Positions 1 to 12,596 are shown, counted from the first letter of the stretch. The stretch: DNA of 64,000 bases from Azolla caroliniana (GCA_043228905.1 JBHGNT010000005.1:19778001-19842000); one strand, 5' to 3'. Program-made: numbers and translations. Notes: generated from the sequence alone by a model not told the origin.

Positions 1-3000
1 CGAATGTCGGAGAAGTTCCCCTGAGCCATGTCGAGCACAAAGGGAAACTCATGAACGTGCTACACATTCTGATAATCACGAAGAACTTGGTGTCGGTCGG
101 ACAAATCATCGACCAAGGGATGGAGGTCCGGTTTACACACCTCGGGTGCTTCATTGAGGAAGAAGGTCGTGTTATTGCGCAAGGGCGCAGAGATGGGAGG
201 ATGTTCATCCTTGACTCTACTGACGGTGGCACCGCAATGTTCGCGAAGGGACAAAAAGTTGAGTCGGACATCGACTTATGGCACAAGAGGATAGGCCACG
301 TCAACTACCAACGGCTTCAAGACCTGCAATCGAAACAAGTGGTGTTCAGATTGCCCAAATTTAGTGGCCAGAAGGCACAAATTTGTGAAGCCTACTAGCT
401 TGGGAAGCAACACCGACTTCCTTTCCCCAACGAGCATAACCGAAGCCGGAACAAGCTCGACTTGATACACTCCGATGTGTGGGGGCCAACACAAAACGTT
501 AGTCTTGGTGGGAGCCGATATTTCCTCTCCTTCATCGACAACTACACGCGGCACACGTGGATCTACCTCATTGAGAGGAAGAGCGAAGTCTTCGACTGTT
601 TCCGGGACCTCAAAGGGTTCGTGGAAACGGAAACAAGAAGAAAGATCAAGTGCATGCGGTCGGATGGCGGAAAAGAATACTTTTCCGGTCAATTCAACGA
701 TTATCTACAACAGATGGGAATTCGGCGCGAATTCAGTTGTAGATACACGCCGGAGCAAAACGGCGTGGCCGAGAGGAAAAATCGGTCAGTTGTGGAAGCG
801 GCACAGGCAATGCTGGAGGAGAAGAGCTTGCCCAAGTTCTACTGGGCCGAGGCGGTAAGGACCGCGGTATACATCCAGAACCGGATCGAAGACAAAGCGT
901 CGGCGCATGAGCTATATTTCGGAACGAAGCTGAACTTGCGACACTTACAAGTTTTCGGTAGCATTGCGTATGTGCATGTGCCGAAGGAGAAACGGAGGAA
1001 GCTAGACGCAAAGGCCGAGAAATGTATCTTGGTCGGTTACTTGAACGAGCAGAAGGGTTATAAGTGTTATAACCCGCGCACCAAACAAACGCGTGTGAGC
1101 CGCGATGTTGTGTTTGATGAGTATGCATCCTAGTACTTGCCTTCGACTCCGGATCTCAACTCCAATCTAAGCTTTGACGATGAGGTCAGCGAGACTGAGA
1201 TGCCTCCAGATGAGCCTGAAATCGAGACCCGCAAAGAGAGTCCGATTTCGTTTCGGTTAAGTGGACTGAATGGACAACTGAGTCGGTTCGACCAGTCCGA
1301 TGAAGAGCCGGCGAGTAGTGGAGACTCGACCGTGCATTCCCCGTGCAGGAAGCCGAGGAGACGGCTTACGCGCAAAGAGAAAGGGAAGAAGAAGGTGTCA
1401 GATTCTGGCACGGATAGGAACGAGTCAGACCGACGCGAGTCTGCCTCCGAGGGAAACGGTGACGGGTCTTCAAGAGCGAAGTCCGCGTCGGCCGAGAAGA
1501 CCTCGACATCAACTAATGACCGATTACACCGATCTACCCGCCAGAAGAACCCAGTTGTGCGGTTCAGATACAACGAGTACATGGCGCATCATTATGTGTA
1601 CATGACTCGTGTAGCTGAAGTGCGTGAGCCGGAGAGCTACGTAGAAGCAGCTAAGGATGCAAATTGGCGTGCCACGACGGAGGAAGAGATGCATGCATTG
1701 GCGGAAAACGAGACCTGGGACCTGGTTGACGCACCGAAGGGTGTGAAGCCGATCGGATGTAGGTGGGTGTACAAGGTCAAGTACAACACCAACGGCTTGG
1801 TCAACCAATACAAGGCCCGGTTAATGGCAAAAGGCTACGCGCAGAAACACGGCATCGACTACGATGAGACGTTTGCGCCGGTCGCGAAGATGACGATCGT
1901 CCGTGTTTTGCTCGCGGTAGCTGCGACAAAGGGGTGACACTTACATCAGATGGATGTAAAGAATGCGTTCCTGCAAGGTGAGCTTGAGGAACAGGTGTAC
2001 ATGGTACAGCCCCCCGGATTTCACTCCAGAACGAACACGTCGGCAGTGTGCCGATTGAAGAAGTCCCTTTACGAACTGAAGCAAGCCCCGCGTGCCTGGA
2101 ACGCGAAGATCACGCAACAACTGCGTTGGATGGGCTTTGCAATGTCAAAATCGGACTCTTCCTTATTCATTAGAAAAAGTCGACTCGGTCCGGTCCATAT
2201 TTTACTATATGTTGATGACTTGGTCATCACCGGCGCCGACCTAGGTGAAATTGACCGCATGAAGCTCCAGCTTGCAGCATCGTTCGACATGAAGGATTTG
2301 GGGGATCTTCATTACTTCCTCGGGATCGAAGTGATCTGTACCCCCGAAGGCATATTGATCAGCCAACGCCATTATGTGTTGAGTATGCTCTTCAAATTCG
2401 AGATGGCCGACTGTAAGTCCGTCTCGACTCCTCTGGATAGAACCGTCAAGCTTCGCCCCAATTCCAGAAAGGTATGCGACCAGACAAGGTTCCAACAAAT
2501 TGTCGGAAGCCTTATCTACTTGACAATCACCCAACCCGATCTCAGTTATCCGGTCGGGGTGATCAGTTAGTTCATGGTGCAACCTACCGAGGAGCACCTT
2601 CAGTGTGCGCAACGCGTACTGCGGTACGTAAGCGGCACTAGGGACCGGGGACTATTATACCGGACCCATACAACCCTCGTAGTTGGTCAGCTACACCGAT
2701 GATGTTTGGGCTGGCAACGCCGCCGATTGCTGATCCACGTCCGAATACGCGTTCTCTCTTGGGAGTGTCGCGATAGCATGGAGCAGTAAGAAGCAGCCGA
2801 CAGTTGCTCGACATGAAGCCATATGGTTGAAGCGGCTACTTAAGGACTTGCAAGAGGAGGTGTCCGATCCGACGACGATCTACTACGACAACCTCAGCAG
2901 CATCCAGCTCACGAAGAACCCTGTTTTCCACACACGGACCAAGCACATTGAGGTGCACTACCATTTTGTCCGTGAGCGTGTCCTTTCTGGTGAAGTCAAA

Positions 3001-4078
3001 CTTCAATATGTTCCGACAAATCGGCAATCTACCGACATCTTCACCAAGCCCCTTGGTCTGGACAAGTTGCGGCAATTCTCAGGTGCGCTTGGGTTGCGTC
3101 ACCTCGACGTGCCAAACTTGAGGGGGAGAATAGTCTCGAAAGACCAAGCAAGGGAGCAGGAAGGGAGTGGAAGAGGCCGTGACACCGAGTCGGATGACGA
3201 ATTCGACTTCGGATCGGCTGAAGAAGTCGAGGGCGGATCCGCAGAAGAGTTCAAAATCGGACATAAGGGGAGCAGTCGAAAGAAAGTGTCGAAGCCAACC
3301 AAGCATGGGGGAGATGACGTCGTCAAGGGCGAGAAGACCGAAGACGAGTTGGAGATAGCCAACTCGGACGAGAGCGAAAACCGATCGGAGGTAGCCGAGT
3401 TGGTTCGGATGTTTGATTCGGATACACTAAATCAACTGAGGGCCAAGCGGAAAAGAAGGTAGCAGGAGAAGCGCCAACACCGCGACAACAAGGGAGTTGT
3501 GAAGGGTTGTGGGAACAGACAAGCCGACCAGAAGGGTCGAAGCGCGCGGAGTTGAACAAGCCGAGTAGCGCGAGCGAGGCGTGGAGCGAGGAGGAACCAG
3601 AGCGGTGATCCCGAAGATCCCGAAGAGCCTCAAGTTGAGCTTGAGAGGGAGTGTTGAGAGACAAGCTCAACATCGGCCGGATCGACTAAGCAAGCCGAGG
3701 ACCGGATCGGTTGGGACCGATCGGTTAGGCCAGATCAGTACCGGTACGTAGACCGGTGCGTAGGAAGGCCAAATCGGTGCAGAAACCGGGAGGCCTTCAG
3801 AAAGATATTCCACAAGGAATATATTTGGGAGTTAGTGTAGGGGCTCCTTAATGAGCATTGAAGTATTGTCAATACTTCTGTCAGTCCGAAAAGGACTTGT
3901 ATAAAAGTGTTCATTGAACACACACGATGTACAGATTGAGTATTATTTTGAATATAGTTCTGTTTTTACTCTCTCTCTCTGTCTCTCCCGTGCGTACTGT
4001 GCAAACCTAAGCTTTCCATTAAACCTGCGTTTTTTGTTGTTCGGTTTCCTATATTGCTTCCGCACACCATTCTTTTCA
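1..4078 (+). mobile_element. Ty1/Copia LTR retrotransposon 'A', cut at its 5' end by the window edge; pol degenerate (GAG-pre-integrase, integrase, RT, RNase H)
   Basis: ORF fragments with LWHKRIGH, IHSDVWGP, YTPEQNGVAERKNR, MDVKNAFLQG, LLYVDDL and TKHIEVHYHFVRE in Copia order (INT before RT), broken by stops at 1131, 1935 and 2568; PPT TTGAGAGGGAG at 3641-3651. Confidence 0.95.
3652..4078 (+). repeat. 3' LTR of Copia A (same family as the LTRs of Copia D)
   Basis: Starts TGTTGAG directly after the PPT and ends TTCTTTTCA; TATAAAA near 3900; shares blocks (GGACTTGTATAAAAGTGTTCA, TTGCTTCCGCAC) with the reverse complement of 47653-48051. Confidence 0.85.
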
Positions 4079-4091
4079 ATATATTTATCTT

Positions 4092-4607
4092 TGTGTTTCT
4101 TTTGATCCTCAATGTCTCGATCTCTGTGTTTCTTATCCTCTTCATCTCTTTTCCTCTCTTTCCATCATTGCCATAGTCAAAGTTGTTGCTTCCATCTCTA
4201 TCTCTGTGTTTCTTATCAACTTTGTCCCTTTCTCTGTGTTTCCTATCGTCTTAATCCCTATCTATGTGTTTTCTATCATCCTCTATATCTTTGTCTTTGT
4301 GTTTCTTTTGATCCTCAATGTCTCGATCTCTGTGTTTCTTATCCTCTTCATCTCTTTTCCTCTCTTTCCATCATTGCCATAGTCAAAGTTGTTGCTTCCA
4401 TCTCTATCTTTGTGTTTCTTATCATCTTTGTCCCTTTCTCTGTGTTTCCTATCGTCTTAATCCCTATCTCTGTGTTTTCTATCATCCTCTATATCTCTGT
4501 CTTTGTGTTTCTTTTGATCCTCAATGTCTCGATCTCTGTGTTTCTTATCCTCTTCATCTCTTTTCCTCTCTTGCCATCATTGCCATAATCAAAGTTGTTG
4601 CTTCCAG
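4092..4607. repeat. TC-rich tandem repeat, 206-bp unit, about 2.5 copies
   Basis: TGTGTTTCTTTTGATCCTCAATGTCTCGATCTC recurs at about 4092, 4298 and 4504; near-identical ORFs start at 4112 and 4318. Confidence 0.9.
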
Positions 4608-5011
4608 ACACGCTGTCGTGAAGATCCGTCACTACGCGCGGATCGTGAGGCGGAACCGCCGGGGTTCTGGACCGGAAGGATTTAGAGTCGATACAAGCTT
4701 TGGCGAGAAAGTACTTAAGATAGATTGGGAAAGAGAGAAGATGAGATTACACGATTGATTTGATAACGAAATTCTTCTTCTTAATTTTCATAAAAAAAAT
4801 CGTGTTTTTCTCCTCCCCCTTCCCTCTTTTATAGATGCTCTCATGCATATGATGCATGTGAGGGTACAAGACATGCATAAATTGCATGTTTGCCATTTGG
4901 CGCTTAAGTATTACATGTGGTGCATGCTAACCATGTCACTCATTTTAGCACTCATGGATGAGAATTTACATGTAAAAGTACAATGATAGAAATATAATTT
5001 CAACTAAATAT

Positions 5012-5077
5012 TATGGCTTAATGGTAAGCCATTTGACTCCTAACTTGGAGGTGCAAGGTTCGAATCCATACTTGCCC
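5012..5077 (+). other. tRNA-derived A-box/B-box (Pol III type 2 promoter-like) cassette inside the solo LTR
   Basis: A-box TGGCTTAATGGT and B-box GGTTCGAATCC at tRNA spacing; no intact acceptor stem. Confidence 0.7.
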
Positions 5078-5100
5078 TCCTTGTATATGTAAAATATGTA

Positions 5101-5428
5101 TATATTTTTATATATTTATTTTATCTAGTCGCCGGTTCGCCAGATACCGTCGCCGGATACCGGTGCCGCATGCCGCCGCCGGATTGCCGTCGGATGCCGT
5201 CGGATCACCGGCTCCATCGCCGGTCTGGTTTTGGTTGGCCAAAAACCTATATATTTTTATATATTTATTTTATCTAGTCGCCGGTTCGCCAGATACCGTC
5301 GCCGGTTCGCCGGATACCGTCGCCGGATGCCTTCGCCGGATACCGGTGCCGCATGCCGCCGCCGGATTGCGGTCGGATGCCGTCGGATCACCGGCTCCAT
5401 CGCCGGTCTGGTTTTGGTTGGCCAAAAC
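5101..5428. repeat. Tandem duplication of a ~150-bp AT-rich plus CCGG-rich unit within the solo LTR
   Basis: TATATTTTTATATATTTATTTTATCTAGTCGCCGGTTCGCC...GGTTGGCCAAAA occurs twice; the second copy has extra GCCGGATACC subrepeats. Confidence 0.9.
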
Positions 5429-5789
5429 CCTTTTTGAGTAGTTAGCCACCTCCACTCTAAGTTCAAGTTACCTTGAACTCTCTATGCTCCACACATAGAC
5501 ACAAAGATAATATCTTTTGCTCCACCTTATATATGATGAGAGCCGTATTTGTCGTGCCTATGTGGGATATCTCACAATTTTCTCTTTTCTTTTCACAAAC
5601 TTTACACCCTCATATCTTGACATTTAGTTGTCCATTTCTCGTGTAATAAAGTGCATTCGAAACCTCTATCATTTTGTACTTAGATATTAAAAATGTTATC
5701 TTCACAATTATTGTATTACATGATTCATACTTGATTTTGTACGTTTTATGGGATTTTTACACTATTGCCGAAAATCTTCACGACAACGC

Positions 5790-6096
5790 TTCTAGAGATA
5801 TCATTGTCTTCATTGCTTCAACTTTGACATCATCGTCTTCAGCCCTCTTGTTGTCATCGTCAACACTACTTTGTCTAGCCTTCATCCTCGTCAACACTAC
5901 CTTGCATGGTCTTTCTCTTGTTGTCGTCATTAACACTACTTTGCCTAGCCTTCATTGTAGTCAACACTACCTTGCATGGTCTTACATTATCATCATTGTT
6001 CCGCCCTCGTACTTTGAGTTCCACGTTTGTAACCTTATTGGTCATAGCCTCGTCATCTATGCTCTTTCGTAATCCAAGGTTGGTGTGTTCGTGACA
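5790..6096. repeat. LTR terminus of another Gypsy-like family ('H') with internal CAACACTAC repeats
   Basis: Reverse complement from 6096 reads TGTCACGAACACACCAAC...GAGCATAGATGACGAGGCTA, matching TGTCACGAACACACCAAC...GAGCACAGATGATGGGGCTA at 24571. Confidence 0.6.
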
Positions 6097-9000
6097 ATTT
6101 ATCTATGTTGCATGCATACAATGCCTCATAGATTTTCATGATTACAAAACATGTGTTAAGACTCACAACCATGGATATCTATTATTGAATATTTCATTGA
6201 GAATGAGGGTATAGCACATGGGGGACAACAATTACGGCACGTGGTGACAATTACTAGATAGATGTAATCCACCCAAGCTTCCTCTCTTTTCATGTGTTCA
6301 ACAATGGGTTTTCTTATGGCACAAAGCATTCTCAAGATGCAGTGTGCTCATGGGAGGAAAAGCATAAAACTCCAGGTTTTTGAAGGGTTGAATGTTAGGA
6401 TGAAGGAACCACTAGAAGGATAAGACAAGATGAGAATTAAAGATAACAAAAATATATAGGTTAATTGGCAAGAGCTAACCTTTAGAAGAAGAAGGTAAAC
6501 GGTTTGAATCGTGTGGACACGATGTGAATGGATATTGGACATAACGATCAATACTCTTCTCAATTGCATGCAAAAAGGAAAAAACTCTTCTCTGGAGCCA
6601 TGGGGGGATAAGTATAGATGCTTAAAGAAGGATTTACTATTTTTATTTGCTTGAGGAGCAAAATGAGCCTATAAAAAGAACGAGAGCGCTTAGTATTGGG
6701 GATCAAATTTTGGATGAGGCATAAGCGTTGCCAAAATTTCAAATTGACTCGGGATTGCGGATCAAGAGGGTGTGGTGTGTAAGACCAATGATAAGAGGCG
6801 ATGTGGTTGTCGTCTATTGGGAAGTTGCACCAAGATGAAGGAAGTTCCCAATTGTCTTAGATTTGGACTAGCTATATATTTTCTCAACCCAATTATATTA
6901 AATTTGGACCCTCGTCTTTGTCTACATATTATCTTTACCATGAAAACCTATCCTCTCATGACTCTTATGTAAACATACACCCATACATATTCATTGATGG
7001 TTACGTCGGCGGCACCATGGAGCTACTATGGGAATGACACAAAAGAAGGGAGAATGACATGAATGTCGAATGACGACACGAAGATTCATTCACCTTGCAT
7101 CATTACGACCAAATCAATTGTTATGTTACAACTTCACCCTAGTTAGTGGTGTGACTTAGTAGAAACGCTTAGAGTTATGTTAGGGGAAAATGTATTCTCT
7201 CACTCACCTATAGGACAAACTTTTTGACATATCATAGGTTCGTATCAACAACATGAACCAATTAACCTTAGTCCAAAAACGCCACATCACTTAGTATTAA
7301 ATGGGTAGATTTACCTTGCGGCGTAAGGGTTGTACATGACTAGAATTGTCATGTCACCTAGATGAACATGAATTCAAGTTCTCATACACTTTGCACTTTT
7401 TCAAGAAACGACAAAATGGAAAACAAATGTTTCTTTCAACATCAAAAAATATAAATAATTTATTTAGATTCTTGCTTATCGTAAACCTTTTCTTCTTCGA
7501 ACTCTCCTTGCTTATTGCATAGGTTAGTGGCGAAATATCATGGAAGAATACAAGAGTTGGCTTCATTTCCATCATTCTAATTGAGCTACTTGGTCATTGT
7601 CGCCCATGTTGCATGCATCCATATTCTGGAAAAGTTATAATGTGATCCACGAGATTTCTAATAACTAGCAATAGTTAATGGGTCTAATATCTTGGGACCC
7701 TCCCATTTATTAAAGGCATAAAATCAGCTAGATAAAGTCGGAGAAGCTAAATACAGGTTAATATACACATTGCACTTTGTGCGAGTATTTTAAAATGGTC
7801 CTCACATATGTTATATATTGTGATGATCAAGAAGAAGAAAATGAACATGATGACGATGACGTGTTTTCTGTATCATGATGATGCAACTAGAATTTGGCTT
7901 TCCTTTTCTTCTTCTTATATAAAGAGCCACAAAAGAGTGGAGAGCATGGACATCTTGTGACATCAACAAGAAGAAGACTATGAACAAGAATCTAAACACA
8001 CCTTTATACGCGATGATGACGAAAGTGTTTTTTCTCCGTCCTCGAGGGCTCAATTTCAAAGGGACAAGTTATCGCAAACCTTTTTTAGTGTGGAGCTATA
8101 AGTGACTTTTACTTTATGCAAATTCCTCCTATATAAAACGACAAGTGGTTGTTGCCCTTTTTCTTCTATAAAAGCATTAAATCCTTTTCATAAAAAGTAG
8201 AAGAAGTTGAGTGCCTTTTATTTGTTTCTGTAGATGAAAATCCATTAGTAAATTATTACATAATGTAACAAAAGATCTTTGGGCATAAATCATCTATTTA
8301 TTAGATGTTATTCCGTGGAACACAACACGAAGCACATTGTCCAAAATGTGAAAGCCGTAGCCTTTACAACGACACCATCATGTTCAATGTACTTTGATTT
8401 CAGAAACTCGCCGAGGATCTTATGGGAATCCCTTCTCTTATACAATACACTAAAAAACAACATTTATGGCCTCTATCTGAAGGGGAGAGCTTATAGCATC
8501 AACTAACCTTCCTTTACCACTAATGAGAGTTCAAGGAAAAAGGTACCCCTATGACTTAAAGCATAGGGTATTAGTTTAATTTTTGAAGCTCGTAAAGGGA
8601 ACAAAATCCGACACAAACATAGAGGTGCCCTTCTCATGTTTCCATGCACGGAATGGAAGCTCCAACAAATTTCCAAAAATAAATTCTCGAGCACATAGAA
8701 TCTTATGTGTAGTGAAGTGTGGCTTTACCCGTTTCTTTTAGATCACACGGAGTATCCATAAAGAAATGCATGCCAATCATGGCACAATATTTCCTTGGTC
8801 ACAAATAATTGGTGGGGAGGAGGTATTTATTGGAACAATATGATTGGATCCGACATTGAAAGAAGCAATACCTCTTAGGCTAGAGAAAGGAATCTGAGTA
8901 GTTTTGCCACAAGTAATGGGGTTGTGCCCAAGTCCTTGCAATTCTTCCCTACAATTCTCTTAGGGGTAAAGTTATTGAACCGATCTTAAATGATACGCAA

Positions 9001-9174
9001 ACTTGTCGGCAAGTAAAATAAAAGTAAAGGGAAAAGAGGAGGTATAATGCTAGTCGAATCACGACTGATATGGTCATGTCAACAAATCAAGAGACCGTGT
9101 GACCCCAGTTTGATACACCGACGTGACATGCAATGTACGAAAGGTGACAAATATGAGGTATAACGAATATGTAC

Positions 9175-9391
9175 GTCAAAGATCTGGACCCAAGACCTCA
9201 TATTGAATGGCATTCCATTAGGGTAAGCGGATCAACAAGAGGCATCAAACGAAGGTGTCGACTCAACAGTTCTTACGGCTGGAAAAGTCAAAGATCTGGA
9301 CCCAAGGCCTTGCATCAAATAGCTTTCCATTAGGGTAAGGGGGATCAACAAGAGGCATGAAAACGGAGGTCTCAACTTAACAATTCTTACG
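9175..9391. repeat. Tandem duplication, ~112-bp unit x2
   Basis: GTCAAAGATCTGGACCCAAG...TTCCATTAGGGTAAG...GATCAACAAGAGGCAT...TTCTTACG occurs twice. Confidence 0.8.
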
Positions 9392-9721
9392 TCTCGATCG
9401 AGCGTTAACAATGTGTAGTGGAACTAGAAAAGAGGAGCAAGTTCGAGTGTCTCGGAGTCAAAGTGGGTGCGTTGCGTTGGCCCTTTTCCGACGAGTGGAG
9501 GCGGGGAGCGCTTCACCATTTTGCCATTCATTTTCATCGGCGACACGGCCTGGTGTGTGTTTGCTGGACGAGGCCCCTGAGATGGCATAGAGGAACAGAT
9601 CGGTTGCACCCATGGATCCAACAAAAAACACCCAAGTCCAAGTCCAAGTCCAAAGTCCAGGAGGAGGTGGAATGATTGATTGATTGATCCCATCAATCAT
9701 TCCTCTATTTCTCTCTTGTAT

Positions 9722-9728
9722 CAGAGAA

Positions 9729-9760
<32 letters not shown>

Positions 9761-9808
9761 AGAGAGAGGAGATAAGAGACATAGAGAGAGAGAGAGAGAG
9801 GAGAGAAG

Positions 9809-9845
<37 letters not shown>

Positions 9846-9979
9846 AGAGAGAGAGGAGAGAGATTATATTATCGTCTTCGGAGGTCAAATATGACCTATG
9901 AGAAGGGAAGAGAGAGAGGGAGAGAGAGAAAGGACAGAAGAGAAGAGAGAGAGAGAGAGAGAAAGGACAGAAGAGAAGG

Positions 9980-10055
<76 letters not shown>

Positions 10056-10332
10056 AAGGAGAGAAGAGAGAGAGAAAGGAGAGAAGAGAAGGGAGAGAAG
10101 AGAGAGACAGAGAGAAGAGAAGGGAGAGAGAGAAGAGAGAGAGAAGAGGAGAGAGAGAGAAGAGAAGGGAGAGAGAGAAGAGAGAGAGAAGAGGAGAGAG
10201 AGAGAGAAGAGAAGAGAGAGAGAAGAGGAGAGAAGAGAGAGAGAAGAGGAGAGAAGAGAGAGAGAAGAGAGAGAGAAGAGGAGAGAGAGAGAAGAGGAGA
10301 GAGAGAGAAGAGGAGAGAGAGAGGAGAGAAGA
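9722..10332. repeat. Long imperfect (GA)n polypurine microsatellite
   Basis: About 600 bp almost entirely G/A, with one short interruption near 9865-9900. Confidence 0.95.
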
Positions 10333-10787
10333 GGCCCCATGAAAGCAGAAGATTTTGTGGACAGAATTATTAATTGTATGTGAGTTTATTTTATTTTATT
10401 TTAATTATTTTTTGTTTTTATTTGATTCATTTTTTCTGGTAATGGAAAAATGGAGGAGTTAGAGAGAGAGAGAGACCCTCTCTCTCTCAGTCTCTGAGAA
10501 ACAGAGAGAGAAAGACAGAGACAGAAAGACAGAGAGAAACAGAGAGAGATTGAGTAACAGTAAGAAAAGACATACATACATACATACATACATATATGAT
10601 ATATTACATACAATCACAGTAACAAAAAACTGTGCTGTGCACTCTGTCTCTCTGTCTTTCTTTCTTCTGCTGCTTTCAATCTCCTCCCTCCTTTCTCTGA
10701 TTCTTCTTCTGATTCTTTTGCCCTTGCCTGATTACAACTTCTATGGCTGCTTGCCCCTCTAGATTCCTTCCACACGTTGTTTCTTGC

Positions 10788-10820
<33 letters not shown>

Positions 10821-11323
10821 CCATCCTCACACCACCATCGCCATATCCATATCCATTGCCGTCTTCATCATCAGAATCGACCAGTTCATCGTCTTCTTCA
10901 TCCTTAAAAATAAAAAGAAAAAGAAAAATCAGAGATCTTCCACCACGAATTCCTTTTTATTTTTTTGTTTTGGCTCCACTTCTCTGTTGATCACACACTC
11001 TACACAGGTATGCCTCCTATCATTTCAATGTCATGAACTCTGCTTTCTTCTTTCACATCTTACATGCTAACACTCCATGGCTTCCAACTCTCTTGCCTTT
11101 TTATGTGCTCTTCTCTCATCATCAACAAACAGCAGGGAATTCGTCAACAATCTCAACATCGAGTTCGTTTTCATCTCGTTGATGATCATTTCATACGTTA
11201 GACAGGTATGCCTTTTTGTATGTATGCGTCTATTTATTTGTTTTCTATGTCTTTTGCTGTTCAGATTTTGTATGCTATCTGTAGAAACAACATGGCTCAA
11301 AAATATACTGTTTTCTGTGCGTC

Positions 11324-11355
<32 letters not shown>

Positions 11356-12596
11356 TTTCTTCTTCTTCTTCCTTATTAATCAAACTGTACACCCACAGCC
11401 CTTTCTTATTTCATGAAATGAATCTACTTTGTTATGCTTGTTTTCTGTGCCTTTGAAAAGAAATATTACCATGGCTTAAAACCTCTCATTTGAGTTTTGA
11501 ATGCCTCTCGCCTCCCAGATCTTTGGATTTTGGATGATTCCTTGAAGGGAACTCCATGACTTAAAACTCTTCTGTTTGATCTCCTTCTTGTGTAACCTCA
11601 TCAACACCAAGAACTGCCCAAAAAACATCATCATCATCATCTTGCTCTTACTTCAAAATCTTACATTTTGTATGCCTCTTTTTTTCTTTCTTTGTATGTT
11701 GTTTTGTCCATTCCGAAGGGAACTCATGATATGTCTGTTTTTGTGCTTCTTGCTGGTAATTATTACACCACTATCTCCATCAACAATAAGATGTTAGTCG
11801 ATAACAAGATCTTTGCGGCATCATCATCATATCTTCATAATCATTTTCAACAGCAACACTAGCAAGCTATTCATTTGCATCATCATCAATGCCTTCGTCA
11901 GAGTCCTCGTCATTATCATATACTTGTTGATCATACATACTATATACAGATACCCCTTTCTTACCTCGTGGTGTGTTTTTATTTATTGCATGGTATGATT
12001 CTGCGCCCTTGTTCTGATTTTTGTGTCCTTTCCAAAGAAATTCAATGTCTCCAACGTCATCTGATTTACCTCATCATCATCTTGAACAGTAATAATGTCA
12101 CCAACATCCATATCCTCATTATCAACACCTGCATCATCTTTTTTTTTTCTTCTTTTTCTTCTTGTTGTTGTTGATCACACTGTTCAAATGTATTTTCCTG
12201 GCACTTTTGAGTATTTTGTGAAATGCCTCGTTGGCAGCATGTGATTCCCATTTTTGTCTTAGCAACCCCAATGAAATTTCAAACCCTTCCGTTTTGTATG
12301 CTTCCTGAAGGAAATTCCACGACTTCTGCGTGTCTTTCCGTTCATGGACATTATGCAACCAAAATGTGCTCTTCTGCCAAGCTTCTTTCTCTGAATGTAA
12401 GACATATAAGCATGAAAGTGTCTGATCTGCCTTTGTTTTAATGAAATTACAGGTTTAGAGGGCAGAACATACAGGCCAAATCACAAGCTTTTCCTTCCAA
12501 AGGGAAGAACCTCAAATGTCAAAACTCTTCTGTTTTGTATGATTTCTGATGGAAATTCCATAAGTTGAACTTGTCACTCCACTTGACTTAAAAACT

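Larger units (their letters stand above)
4614..5785 (-). mobile_element. Solo LTR (family 'F', Gypsy-like), 1172 bp, 4-bp TSD
   Basis: Termini TGTCGTGAAGAT...ATCTTCACGACA (12-bp perfect inverted); ACGC on both sides (4610-4613, 5786-5789); one end matches 49607-49680 and the other matches 50755-50785 in reverse complement. Confidence 0.85.

Noticed and set aside
1131-2570. Programmed stop-codon readthrough in Copia pol
   Set aside because: The stops sit at TGG or CAR codons in paralog B, consistent with C-to-T decay of methylated DNA rather than recoding.
4112-4758. Cys/His-rich hydrophobic ORFs
   Set aside because: By-products of the 206-bp TC-rich tandem repeat.
5012-5077. Functional tRNA gene (CCT in the loop position suggests Arg)
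   Set aside because: Acceptor and anticodon stems do not pair and it lies inside an LTR; kept only as a tRNA-derived cassette. The same applies to the other three copies.
4614-5785. Ginger/MITE DNA transposon interpretation
   Set aside because: A homologous end at 50755 follows a PPT and the other end precedes an internal region at 49681, so a solo LTR is the simpler explanation.
6330-9000. Possible very old LINE or CACTA transposase remnants on the minus strand (HDWHAF-like and KGYGFH-like codons)
   Set aside because: Too fragmentary to assign without a profile search.
9684-10383. Long Glu/Arg-rich and Ser/Leu-rich ORFs
   Set aside because: They are translations of the (GA)n microsatellite, with no other coding signal.
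10777-11456. Poly-His ORFs
   Set aside because: (CAT)n microsatellites in the probable 5' UTR and first intron.
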